A stretch of 63,982 nucleotides of DNA, filler included, from Reticulomyxa filosa (GCA_000512085.1; 17 parts of 17 records of this genome joined end to end with filler, not necessarily neighbours in it); one strand, 5' to 3'. Counted from the first letter of the whole stretch, positions 12,342 to 24,370 are shown. The notes: generated from the letters alone by a model not told the origin. A program made the numbers and translations.

Positions 12342-12937
12342 TAATGTTGCTGTTTTTTTAAAAAAAGGGAGGGTGATACGACTAAAAAAACAAAGTTATT
12401 TTACGTGGCAACAAACTATTCAAACAAAAAAAAAGTTGAATTGATATCTTTTTGTAAGGGAGGCAAAGATGTGAGGTTTACTTGTTACAAGAACTAGTCA
12501 ATAAACTTGGTGCCGAATTGGGGTAATTATAATGATAAAAAAAAGTTCTGTGCTACACTCCAGTTTTTTGCAAGGACGCACGAAAGTAATAACATAAAAG
12601 ATTACAACAAAACAAAAAATCCGTTGCTGTAATATTTAAGAACAATTTTTATAAATCAATAAAAAAAAACTGTACTTGGGAAACGACACAAACATTTTCT
12701 TTTGTCAATTTCACAATCTTTAGAGCCTAAAAATACTGAAAAAATATAAAAGACTAGACAATAAGATTTAAAGGTTATTTTTAAAAATATCATAAAATAG
12801 AATTATCTACTACAAAAAAACAATAACACTGAACAGATACAAGGTCTTCAAAATCAAAGTATTTTGACAATTCCTTTATTGAGTTTGATCAAAAAGTTCA
12901 ACATTTTTTCTCTGTCAGTCTCAAAAGAGTACTAAGA

Positions 12938-13360
12938 ATGACTGACTACTTTTATTGAGGAAAAACAAACTTCAACAAAACATTGGTAAGTTTCAAAACT
13001 GATTGCCTTTAAATCGCTGTTATATGTGATTATTATTGAAACAGTCAGAAGAAATCCAAATTATAATTAGATTCGAATATCTAATATTAAATTAGGATGG
13101 ACTAATGATTTTAACAAGCTCATTGCCAATTACGGATGTTTTTTGTTTTTCATTTATAGCAAATAGAGACTAACTAATAAATTCAATCATTTAATAACCA
13201 TTCAAATACTGTTTATTCTGACTCAAAGGATAAAACTGTTCGTTTGTGGGACATTCGATCATGTAAAAAAACAAGCATTCAATAATCATACTGATTATGT
13301 GAACGCTGTTGAATATATACCATTTGTAGTAAGTAATATTAAAGCTACAAAGATATGTCA
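12938..13360 (+). pseudogene. Internally deleted WD40-family pseudogene with shared-module exon (13045-13135)
   Basis: Short exon ending TL|gtaag, then SEEIQIII..IRISNIKLGWTNDFNKLIANY, then DKTVRLWDIRS..HTDYVNAVEY fragments with stops and frameshifts. Confidence 0.75.
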
Positions 13361-13555
13361 AAAAATATACTTTCTTTATTTTTTTTTCAAGATTTTGTTT
13401 GTTTGGAAATATTATTAAGAAATCAAACATATTGCTGAATGATGTTAAACAACAAACTATTTGTTCAACTTATTTATTTTATCTAAATGAGCTTTTCATT
13501 TGTAAATTGCGGAACCCATTCAAGCTTATTTAATTTCAATTTGTTTGTTTAGGGG

Positions 13556-14671
13556 TCATCCCCATAGCCGAACAGAGCCATCAAAAGAGCATGATACGAT
13601 TGTTGTACCATCTTTTGAAATATCAAGTACTCTTACACCACTAGAATGCCCTTTTAATTCTTGTATCTCATTTCCTATTGTATCCCATAGTCGGATTGTA
13701 TTATCATCGGAGCTAGATACAATTGCTTTGCCATCTGGAAAATATTGTACACTAGTCACTGTTGCTGAATGTCCTTTCAATATTTTTAATCGCTTTCCTG
13801 ATGCCACATCCCATAATTGGATTGTTTCATCAAATGAACCTGATACAATAAATCGATTATCTGGTGAAAATGTTACACTCCTTACTCCATCAGAATGTCC
13901 AATTAATTCTTTTATTCTTTTACCTGTTTTTACATCCCCACAAAGTTATTGTTGTACTTCGAAATGATGATACAATCATTGTACTATCTGGTGAATAATT
14001 TACGCTCAATACACCGCTCCCAGATACTAGTTGTTGGATCTCTTTTCCAGATTTTATATCCCATATACGAATTGTGCCATCATACGATCCTGATATAATA
14101 TTTTTACCATCAGGAGAAAAGTGTACGTCCCATACTGGTTTAGAATGTCCACTAAATTTCATTAGTTCTTTCCCTGTTTTTACATCCCATAATCGAACTG
14201 TTTTATCTTGTGAGCATGAAACAAGTGTATTTCCATCTGCTGAAAATTCTACAACGTTAACTAGTTGTAAATGCCCACTACAAATTTGTATTGGCTGTCC
14301 TGATGCAATATCTAATAACTCAATTTTACCACCAGTTGCTATTGAAGCAACTGTACGACCATCTGGTGAAAATCTTACATTGTTTGTTTGAACTTTTAAA
14401 ATTTTTAACAATTGCAAATATCTGGCCTAATGTCAGATTATTTGTAAACGCGTTAAATTAAAATACAATAAATAAATAAAAAAACGTAACATATTTGAAA
14501 ATAATTTTATCAAAATCACTTATCCACCCAAATTTAATCCTCAAAACTCGAAGACAATTTTGAATTAGCAGTGTTACTTGTTTTTCTGACTGTTTGTTTT
14601 TGGTTATATTTATATTTAACAAAATATGCGAACAAATGGAAGATTACCAACTGCGATACTGCAGTATTCAT
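13556..14671 (-). CDS. WD40 repeat protein (about 7 repeats); exons 14648-14671, 14491-14589, 13556-14426; one +1 frameshift in GGGG near 13938
   Basis: Canonical GH..V..V.FSPDG..IVS.S.D.TIRLWD repeats; GT-AG introns of 58 and 64 nt keep the frame; removing one G joins ORFs 13920-14417 and 13556-13807. Confidence 0.9.
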
Positions 14672-15619
14672 TTCTGCGATAATGCTTTTTTTTTTTATTG
14701 AACTTATAAAACCTATTTTTAGGTACGTCAAAGACTCGTTTTTAACTATTAAAGCTATTGAAATTCTACCCCTTTATACAAAAAAAAGTATGACAAGCGA
14801 AGCGTTTTTCTTCTATCTTTTACCCAAATAACTAGAATGTTGCAATTATACAATATATAATAGCAAAAAGAAATTCTTGCAAAAGAAATAATCGTAATAA
14901 AATCTACAATAATATTAAACTTGCTTGTTCATTTCTTGTTATCTTTCAACATAACATTTAACGATATAAAAAAGTTCAATAAGTTAATGTAAACATGTGT
15001 TATTTTAAAAGGCATTGAGTGTATTATATTGATCATAAAATAATTTTAAAATTATTTTCCACTAGTTTTTTATAATAGGAGAGCGTATGCGAGAAGCGTA
15101 CATTGGAAGTAATTTTTGTACGCTTAATATCTGTAAATGTTATTTTTTGTTGATCAAAAATCAAGTAAATATGATCGGAAAAAAAGGGTGTTGATTTAAT
15201 TTATGCATCCATTGGATAATTTTGTTAATGAGGAGGCATAAGGATTAGAGCATTGATTTTTTTTTTGAAAAAAAGAAAAGGGGTAAGAAAATTCTGGGAG
15301 ACTAAGAGATAAATCGAAAAAGGGGCGGAAAAAAGTTATATATTACAAAGTGTTGTCCAATTATATTAAATGAGAGAGCAAAAAAAAAGACTTGATTTGA
15401 AGTCTTCCATTGTTTACTTAAAACAAGCAAACAAATATTAACAAATACTTATAAAAAAAAAAAAAAAAAGAGTAGTTTATGCAAATGCAATTACATTAGT
15501 TATGATGTCTTAGATCCAAATTTCGCAGAAAAAGTAGGAACAAACGTATTGCTATTTATGTCATAACATACAAACGGTTATACATTTGGCTTTTTTTTTT
15601 TTTTTTTTGTTAAGTCAAC

Positions 15620-16547
15620 GTAACTCTAAAGTCTTAAGGCGTTGCTCAGTAGCAAGAATTCTTTCGTGCAAGCCGTCCAAATCTTGTCTTATTTCATCAT
15701 ATTTGGCAAAAGCTGTTTCTGTTTCTCGAACTTTTGCAACAAGTTGGTTCTGTTTGTTTGTTTGTTTGTTTGTTTGTGTTTTTTTTTTTTTTAAAAAAAA
15801 AAAAGAATGAGGATGTGTTGTTTTGGAGCACATAAAAGAAAAGGAGGGGGAAAAGAGTGGCTCCAACTTGTAGCTCGTCCAATGGGGAATGAAGACTATC
15901 ACAATGGAATTTTCCTAAACGGGGTACGATTTCATTGACTAATTTTTGAAGTGGCTCCAAATATTTTTCCTCAAAGTTGCTGAGGTAGATGATAGGAAGT
16001 GGAGCCTCTTCACCGGTCAATTTCAGAATGTCACGAATTTTGTTGGAAAATTCTTTGCCATATTCGGATGCTTTTTTGGCCTTTGGTCCCTCGACTCTGG
16101 TCATAACAATGACCATGTGTTTCCAAACGTTGCGACCCAACATAGCCTCCAAATTTTTGAGCATGCTTTGATAGGCGTCACTGACACGAACATCTTGATA
16201 ATTCTTCACGAGCACAACAGCATGAATATATTCAATTCCTTTCAAATAAGACACCAAGTTTGTGGCATGTTCACGGTCTCTTCCAGTGGAGTCCGACTCT
16301 CCGGGTTGGTCGGTCAGACTCACCGGATACTTGTATATGCCTTTGCGAATGAACACCTTTTTAATCTCCTGGGTTTTCGACTCCACACTGTCGCTAGGGA
16401 CAAACGGACCTTCGAGCCCCTCTTCCGAGTTGTCACCCGCTATGCGGTTGCCCAGCAGAGACTTGCCCTCGCCTGTTGGACTGTACAGCACAATGCGCAA
16501 GGTGTCCGGATCACTAACTTCCGGTTCAAATTTTAATAATTTGCTTG
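15620..16547 (-). CDS. AIG1/GIMAP-type (TRAFAC) GTPase domain plus coiled coil, partial; exons about 15868-16547 and 15620-15749
   Basis: LRIVLYSPTGEGKSLLGNRIAG (G1), S.T (G2), LTDQPGESDS (G3), IHAVVLV, GRNVWKHMVIVMTR (G4 region). Confidence 0.8.
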
Positions 16548-16756
16548 CTGTATACATATATGTACATATATATATATATATATGTACATATATATATATA
16601 TATATATGTACATGTATATGCATGTACGTATGTTACTTTTTATTTTTTTTTTTTTTNNNNNNNNNNNNNNNNNNNNNNNNNNNNNNNNNNNNNNNNNNNN
16701 TTAATTAATTAANNNNNNNNNNNNNNNNNNNNNNNNNNNNNNNNNNNNNNNNNNNN

Positions 16757-17995
16757 TTTTTCCAATGTCAGAAATTCACAGCTGGTTTGTGATGTCTCAA
16801 ATCGGCACTTGCTGAAATGCCATCGAATGCCTCGTATACATGCATAGCCCCAAGGTTGGCACGCAAGATTTTAAGCTGGAATGAGCAAGTTAACATGGTC
16901 GATTATGATTATGCCAATAGTAGTTCAGCATTGACCTTGTTTTATTACAAAGGCTATTCACTTCCCCATTCAGAAATGCTGTCAAGTTTGATGGACAGAC
17001 TCGATTATGTCACGCTCAAGACTTCCACCAACTTTGGTATATGATAAATATACGCGTGAGCATAAAAACCACTTTGTAATTTGTTTACAAAATAATAAAA
17101 TTGTATTTATCACGTTATAAATGAAATGAAAAAAAAAGCTGTTGACGTTGAGCAATTAACAACATATTCGAAAACAATAAATGCAAGTATACATCGCGTC
17201 ATTTGTCAAGTTTTTGTAACTCAACGTTGACGAAGCATGTGTGGCCCGATGTCTCCACTTTGCAAACATCGTTCGATGCAAATTACAATAGCAACCAGTT
17301 GCCACCCAATTTGAAACTCGCGCCGCACAACATTAGCGGTATGTCACATCCAGATGTGAACATCAAGCAAGGCAAGTACTCGGCAATCATCAAGTTAACG
17401 TCAGAATAAATCTCTTACACGATTGAGGGAATGTTCGCGCATTTGTGGAACAGCTACTTTTATAGCAAAATACAAGAGTTTGTTTGTCTGTAGTAGCCGC
17501 ATATCCAATCACTACCACTATTAATACTAGTAGTACTGCAAGCACAAGTGTTGCTGCCATTTCAAAGCAAGTAATATTTTGAATGTATATGCAAATACAA
17601 ATGCATACGCCGATATCAATCATAATGCCAATCTCAATATTACTAACAATGCGAATGTCAATAATGTAAGTATCAGCGACAGTACTAATCCTATTACCAA
17701 TGCTAATATCAATGACAGTGTGAATTGCTGGCGTAAGCGACGACAATTGCCAGTAGAAATTTCAACTGTTATGAAAATAAATCGCTGTATTATCATTGCA
17801 ATGCCTACTATCGAGTTTAATTTGCTTTTCTATATGCAATCAGCGCGCATATGATGACTACGCCCAACATTTGCATAGTCGAGCGAGCACAAAAAATTCT
17901 AGATGGAAGCTTGTCCAAGTATGACATATTCCGAACACACACTCTTTACACATGACGGACACCTACATATTCAATTCGACAGTTATGTGTCATCT
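16757..17995 (+). pseudogene. Unidentified degraded coding sequence with an Asn/Ala low-complexity tract
   Basis: Coding-like composition with a probable intron near 17037-17137 and several stops or frameshifts; no family recognised. Confidence 0.3.
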
Positions 17996-18246
17996 TGCTT
18001 AGTATCGCAGTAGTTTTTGAGAAAACTCAATTTTTTGTTAACAAACAAAATTTTTTTTTGCAGAATTTAATGTTATTTTCAAATTTTGTACATTGTGAAG
18101 GTATGATGGTTTTTGACTCTGTTTGCTTTGTCTTTACTTATTGTTGGTTTTTTTGCTTTTTTTTGTCTAATGCCAATTAAGCCAAGTTAATTCAAAAGCA
18201 TAATAACTGAAATTTTTTTTTGTGATAAGATTGTTTTTAATGAAAA

Positions 18247-18725
18247 TTACCATTTGGTTACATTACTTTTTGCATTGTACACTGATTGTATTTTTTTTGG
18301 CATTGATTTTGTTAAGTTGTGCATGTTTCTTTGTCATTTTTTTTCCATTTTAATTTAAATTGTTTCCAGAGTTCTTTTTTTGATTCGAATGGTCCATTTT
18401 TGAATACTTTCGTTTTCACTATCCACCACAGATTTTCGATTTAGTTCAGGTCTGGAGAATTTGGAGTGAAATTCGATACTTTGATACCATTTTTTTTCAA
18501 ACTATTTTTTTGCTGTATTTCTGTGTGGCTAGTGGCATTATCTCGCTGAAATATCCAATTTTCATTATCTCCTAAACCCCAATTAATGCTTTTTGAGCAT
18601 TTCACCAACTAGAATTTCTTTGTAAATATATGCATTGGCACATCAATTAATGTTACATGCATAAACAGGGTTTAACATTCCAAAGCAAGGCCACACGATT
18701 ATGCTTCCACTATCAATTTGATATT
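18247..18725 (-). mobile_element. Tc1 (DD34E) transposase relic
   Basis: SGSIIVWPCFG..WIFQRDNATSH..FTPNSPDLN*IENLWWIVK..KSMPKKIQSVYNAKSNVTKW*; exactly 34 codons between the second D and the E. Confidence 0.9.
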
Positions 18726-18974
18726 TTTATGATGCACGTCAGCTTCGATTTATGCACACATTCATGACTACAAAATTGTTTTGCAACTTTGTGCGAACTC
18801 CAGCACTGACGCAACAGCTCAACAGCACGTTTTTTGTTAAATTTTCAACCCTTTAATATTTGAGTTTTTAATTATTTTTTTGAAAATTACTAAACTACAT
18901 TGAGCTAAAAAAAAAAAAAAGAAAAATAAAAGATAAAATATTGAAATAATTAGGAAAGATGTAATAAAAAACCA

Positions 18975-19112
18975 AAATGATATTTAAAACCTACACGATT
19001 TGTAGATATTTTTTAAAAAAATTATGTTTGAATGTTGTTTTTTCATGTAGAAAATCAATCATCTCTATAATGTGCCGTTTTAGGTGTCAAATTTACTTTG
19101 CATTCTACTGTA
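18975..19112 (-). mobile_element. Terminal inverted repeat of a Tc1/mariner-type family (TA-CAGTAGAATGCAAAG...)
   Basis: Ends CTACTG-TA; homologous to 62815-62956, 60123-60165, 9911-10010 and 37781-37800; lies 5' of the transposase relic. Confidence 0.65.
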
Positions 19113-19553
19113 TTTCCGTTGCAATTACTGGCTCAACAAGTTAATACAAAAATTATACAAAAAATTTAAAGAAAAATCAAATCTAGACATGATTCCATTA
19201 AATAATGACTTAAAGTAATTGATTAAAGAAATGATGGAAATCCAATAGAAATATTCAAAAAAGCGGGAAAAATGTAAATAAATAAAAATAGAACACATTA
19301 AAAGAATTTGAACCAACACATAATTGATTAAAATCAAATATAGTGGAAAGAGAAAAAATTATAATTCAATATTTTAAAGCTGCAAATGTCATTATGTTTA
19401 CCACCAAATTTTACAACAAATTAATCAATTGTTTACAATTCATGCATATGCAAGAATAAAATATTCAAAAAGTGTTGCATAAATTCTTCAATCATGTCAT
19501 GTTACGAGAAATATTGCTTATTTATTGTATTTTACAATTTAAAATATCAAGTG

Positions 19554-20150
19554 CTATATTTTTATTTTTATTTTTATTTTTTTTTGCTTGCCAATGTCTA
19601 AATCTTGATCAAATGTACTATTCAAATTTCTCTTTTTTACTTTAGGTGTAATATCATTGCCAGTGTTGATAATTGTTTCTATTATTCCAATTATTGTTTC
19701 CATATTTGTATTTTCTGTTTTCAGTTCTTCAATTTTGTTATCAAGTTCCAAGTTGCTAATTTTTAATTTGTCAACTACATCTGTAATTTGACTTTGTAAA
19801 GATGTTAATTTTAATTTTTCATCACTAAATAATATTTTTTCAGAGTCAGGTGAACTAATATCATTCAATGACTGTAGATAATCATTATTTAACGTATTAT
19901 TATCATTATTTTGAAAATTTTCAATAGTTTTTTTATTTCTACAATTGTGGAATTTGCATCAGTTAGTAATTTCTGTAATTCTTCTTGTTTACTTTCTAAT
20001 TCTTTGACATTTGTTTTCAGTTCTCCAATTTCTGTATCTTTTTTGCAAATGTCTTTTTGTAATAATTTAACTATTTGTTTATTTGTTGTTTTAGTATTTC
20101 TTTCTTGTACAATAATAATATTAATTATTTGTTGAAAGTCTTGTTGTTGT
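19554..20150 (-). pseudogene. Coiled-coil protein relic of unknown family
   Basis: Heptad-like K/E/L/I frames (..IGELKTNVKELESKQEELQKLL.., ..LELDNKIEELKTEN..) split by a frameshift. Confidence 0.3.
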
Positions 20151-20154
20151 TGTT

Positions 20155-20545
20155 TTTACTTTAATTATCCACCAAATGTTCTCAATTGGATATAGTTCTG
20201 GTGAATTATGGTAAAATTTATCAGTCTATATTATTTTCTTTAAACCAATCCATTATTTCTTTAGCTTTGTGGCTGATGCATTGTCTTGTTGAAACAACTA
20301 GTCATTTTCAACATTTACATAGTAATTTACACTTTTTAACATGTAGTCTTCTAATACCTCTTTATAAATTTCATAGTTCATACCACCTTCTATCTTGCAG
20401 TCATTACCAACACCTTTTGCACCAAAGCAAGCCCAAATCATGATACTTCCTCCACCAAGCATAAATCTTTTAATTATTCAACTGTCTCCTAAATCTTGGT
20501 TTGGTTTTTACATAAATATTTTATTCTATCACTTCCACACAAATT
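20155..20545 (-). mobile_element. Second Tc1-type transposase relic
   Basis: GGGSIMIWACFGAKGVG..IEGGMNYEIYKEVLEDYML..LFQQDNAS.HKAKEIMDWFKENNI..NSPELYPIENIWWIIK, with frameshifts. Confidence 0.9.
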
Positions 20546-20704
20546 AATTTTTTTTCTTAGCATGATACGAAATAATGTAGCAAAATTTTGGAAAAATTAT
20601 TTTATTACTTTACGTAATATTATTTTATTAAAATTTGAATAATTTTATAATTTTTCGCATTATTTTCAATTTTTGTGTATGAAAAAAATTGTTCATAATT
20701 ATGT

Positions 20705-20990
20705 CAAGTGTAGCCACCAATTATGATTAAAATATTGTTGTTTTAATTGTCGATCATAACAAGCTGTATACATATCCTTAAAAACACTTTTCTGTTAATA
20801 TATTTCATTAATATAAAATAAAATTTAGTATTCTATATTATTAAATTAATTTTATACACACTCATACACATAGTTTTTTCTTTTTAAAAAAGATATTTAA
20901 TATTTACTAGTGCATAATTTGCAGAATCCTTGAAAACGCTTTTCTACATATTCGCATGACTATAAAAGTAAAATTAAGGATTCATAAAGT
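20705..20990 (-). repeat. Dispersed AT-rich repeat, homologous to 53306-53525 (+)
   Basis: Reverse complement TTATGAATCCTTAATTTTACTTTTAT..TTCAAGGATTCTGCAAATTATGCACTA and GTTTTTAAGGATATGTATAC..TTGTTATG align with the 53.3 kb copy. Confidence 0.7.
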
Positions 20991-21383
20991 TGTGACTATA
21001 CAATTTGAATTTACTTATTTATTTGCATAAATACTATAAGAACAAATTTAAAGACAATAACGTATAATGAATAAATGAAAATTATTTTTCTTCAAAAAGA
21101 AAAAATATAAATAAATGCAAATTGAAATTTAATTGTTAATCAGTCATAATATGTTATACTTTGTTATTACAATAAAGTAATTAAATATTATCACTTAATA
21201 TAAAAAATATTAAATTAGTTATTTGTTTAAAATTTTACAATATTTTATTTTCTAAAATAATGTAATTTATATATTGCCTAAAANNNNNNNNNNNNNNNNN
21301 NNNNNNNNNNNNNNNNNNNNNNNNNNNTTAATTAATTAANNNNNNNNNNNNNNNNNNNNNNNNNNNNNNNNNNNNNNNNNNNN

Positions 21384-22561
21384 GACAGCAAGACCTTTGA
21401 CGATTCCAATCAAGAAGCCACTGCACCCATTCCAACGGATTCTGCCAATGGCAGGAAAGAGGACGCTCTGTCCAATCCAACTGCGACTTTGGACGATCCC
21501 CATCCTCCTGTCAACACAACACCCGCGCCGGCCACAACCGAGACGAATCCAGAGTTAAAGCCAGCTTCCAATTGCGAATCCATCGAAGACATCAAAGACA
21601 AAGAAGCACCTGCAGAGGACGTCACGCAATCACAGCAGCAAGAAACAACCACACACAGTCCTGCAGAGACAAATGATCCAATCCAGCCTGTCCCGACAGT
21701 TACCGACCCTTCAACCGTTAAGAGAAGAGCAAGCCAAATCCAATGCAAAATGACTGTCCAAGTGTCGTTGCACCCACAAATGCTCACCTTTTTTTTTTTT
21801 TTTTTTTTTTGTAAGCCACTTATAAACAATATATATATGTATTGTTTATATGTGGGATATAACAATGTATTAGTTGCCAACGGTAACGTTGGATGTCGAA
21901 AAGCAGCAAATAGTGCCAGCACGTGAAAGTGAAGGCAAAGGCAAAGTACAAGGGGAAGCTCAAGATGACAATGGGAATGAAGACCGGGAATGGAACGAGA
22001 GTGAACTAAAGCAGCCAAGCAAAACGGATAAGAACGACAATGAAAAGAAAGGAGAAGAAGAAGAAGAAGAAGAAGTAGAAGAAACTAGTGGCGATACAAA
22101 TGTGGACAAGGCGAGTGAGAAACATGCACAAACGCAACCAAACTCACTGTTAAAATTAGCGAAAGTCATGATCCACCCATTGTCATCGGTGCGTTCCGTG
22201 TTCAACTACAAAGCCGGCAAAGACAAAAAGTTTTTTGATCATGTGGAAATTGATTATGAAGGTGTCACAATTGTCAGCGAGTCCAACTCTACCCCAGTGC
22301 AGTCGCCTCCTGAGCACAAGATATCCGACCGTGACAATTTGGAATTATGGACGCAGATTATGAAAGATGTGAATCGCACGTTGCAGTATCGCGAATTTTT
22401 CCGAGATATTTCCCATCGCTGTTCCTTGGGCAATGTCCTCTACATCTGGTCGAGGTCATGCGCAAAAAACTACTTCCAAGGGATGAACGAGCTCGCTGCC
22501 ATCATTTTGTGCGCATTATCGGATGATTATGTGCAAATTGTCAACACTGAGTGCTTGTATG
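21384..22561 (+). CDS. TBC-domain Rab GTPase-activating protein, internal fragment (intron about 21760-21873)
   Basis: QIMKDVNRT (IxxDxxR arginine finger) and NYFQGMNELAA (YxQ glutamine finger) after a disordered P/T/E-rich region. Confidence 0.9.
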
Positions 22562-22585
22562 GTATACTATACCAAACAAATTTTC

Positions 22586-22619
<34 letters not shown>

Positions 22620-23489
22620 TTTTTTATTTNNNNNNNNNNNNNNNNNNNNNNNNNNNNNNNNNNNNNNNNNNNNTTAATTAATTAANNNNNNNNNNNNNNN
22701 NNNNNNNNNNNNNNNNNNNNNNNNNNNNNATAGAAAAAAAAGGATATATAAAAAGAAAAAGAAGAAAAGAAAATGGAAAAAAGAAAAAGAAATATAAAAA
22801 AGAGAAAAAAGAAAAGAAAGATTATAATTAAAATTTTTTTGGAAAGAATGGTTGGATCCAGTTGTGGATAGCAAAGTTAATGATATCCTTTTTTTGTTTA
22901 TATTTGTTTAAAAATATGTCTTAATCAAAACAATGTGGACATGGACAAAATGTTAAAATTGTATTATACTGTTGTCAAGTAAGATTGTCAGGAAATGATT
23001 AACATCATTGATTCGAATACTTTTGAAAGAAGATTGAAGTTAAGAACAATTGATTATTTGTACCTTTCTTTCTAGACAATTTGAATTAATTTATTATTTA
23101 TTATTTTTGTTTTTACAACAGCTAGAACATGATAAGCCACAAACAGTGAAGATAACGGAACCACAAATGAATAAGAAGAATGAAAAGACAAGCACAAAAA
23201 TGATGAAGCAAATACTGCAGTCTTCGTGATAGTGGAAAGCGTCACAAAAATTATAATGAAAATTTGTTTGCAAATGATGTCCAGAAGATAATAATATAGC
23301 AACCCTTCTATGATAAACAATATCAATTACAGCGAATAATATCAATGAAAAAGACACAGTAAGAGATTGAACGGGGAAACAATATCGTGAATATCATTTA
23401 CACAAATTGGTTGATCTTTTCCAAGGCGACATTAGAATTAAGAAAGTGATTGTCTGTCATTTGTTGCTCTGGTTTCCACTTCTGAAATT

Positions 23490-24370
23490 GATTGAATCGC
23501 AACAACTGATCTTCGTTTGACGAACTACCTATTCCTGGGACACAGCATTTTACATTCAAATCAACTCACTTTCAATTTGTATACGTATTTTGGGTTCAAA
23601 CAAGTATAGTGCAACAAAAAAAAAATCTGAAAGTGTATTTGTTGTACATACTATCATGAGCACCAGGAATCCATACATCTATAAAGAAAACATACATAGC
23701 ATTACATATCAAAAAAATTATTTATTAAAAAATAAACCTAATTCAATATCAATGAGGTGATTCGATCCAATATATTTGACAACTCCAGAACGATTTTTGG
23801 TCACATTAACTTTGTCTCCGATTTTCAATTGCCAGGTAACGTGTTAAAGATAATATCGCTGTTGGCGCTGCTGTCGTGAGCATTCGCGGACCAATCATCC
23901 AATTCAATGTCGACAACTTTGTCCTAGGCAAAAGGAAAATAGCAAATGTATTTGATGACAACTGTTACCCCTTCATTGACAAAAACTAGGCGATCGTTGG
24001 ATTTGAACAATTTCAATTGAAAGGTCGCATTATACGTTTTCAGGTCCAATGGCTTCACCAAAGGGATCCCTACTTGATAAAGGAGCTTCTTCGCGTGAAA
24101 TGGACACGACGTACATTGGCGTCAAAGATTTCTTTCCTCGAGATGTACCATTGTGTCGGCAAGTGCGTCAGGTATTTAACTCCAAATTGATGATTTCCCT
24201 TTTCGCGAAATCGGTTTCTCCAATGCAGTTCACGCAGTCTCCAATTTTGAATTGGATTTTTGGTAACGGCATTTGCAGAGGTGGCGTTGTCTCGTCTTCT
24301 TCAGCGAGATCGTTGTTATTGTTGCCGCCAATTTTTTTTCCAACATTAAAACAAAGTTCAACGCACAGTT
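23490..24370 (-). pseudogene. Multi-CAP-Gly domain pseudogene
   Basis: FKIGDCV..IGETDFAKREIINLELNT*..HNGT..GKK and LKIGDKVNVTKNRSGVVKYIG..IDIEL; many stops and frameshifts. Confidence 0.7.

Noticed and set aside
13545-14391. Plus-strand ORFs of 140 and 105 aa
   Set aside because: Antisense shadows of the WD40 gene.
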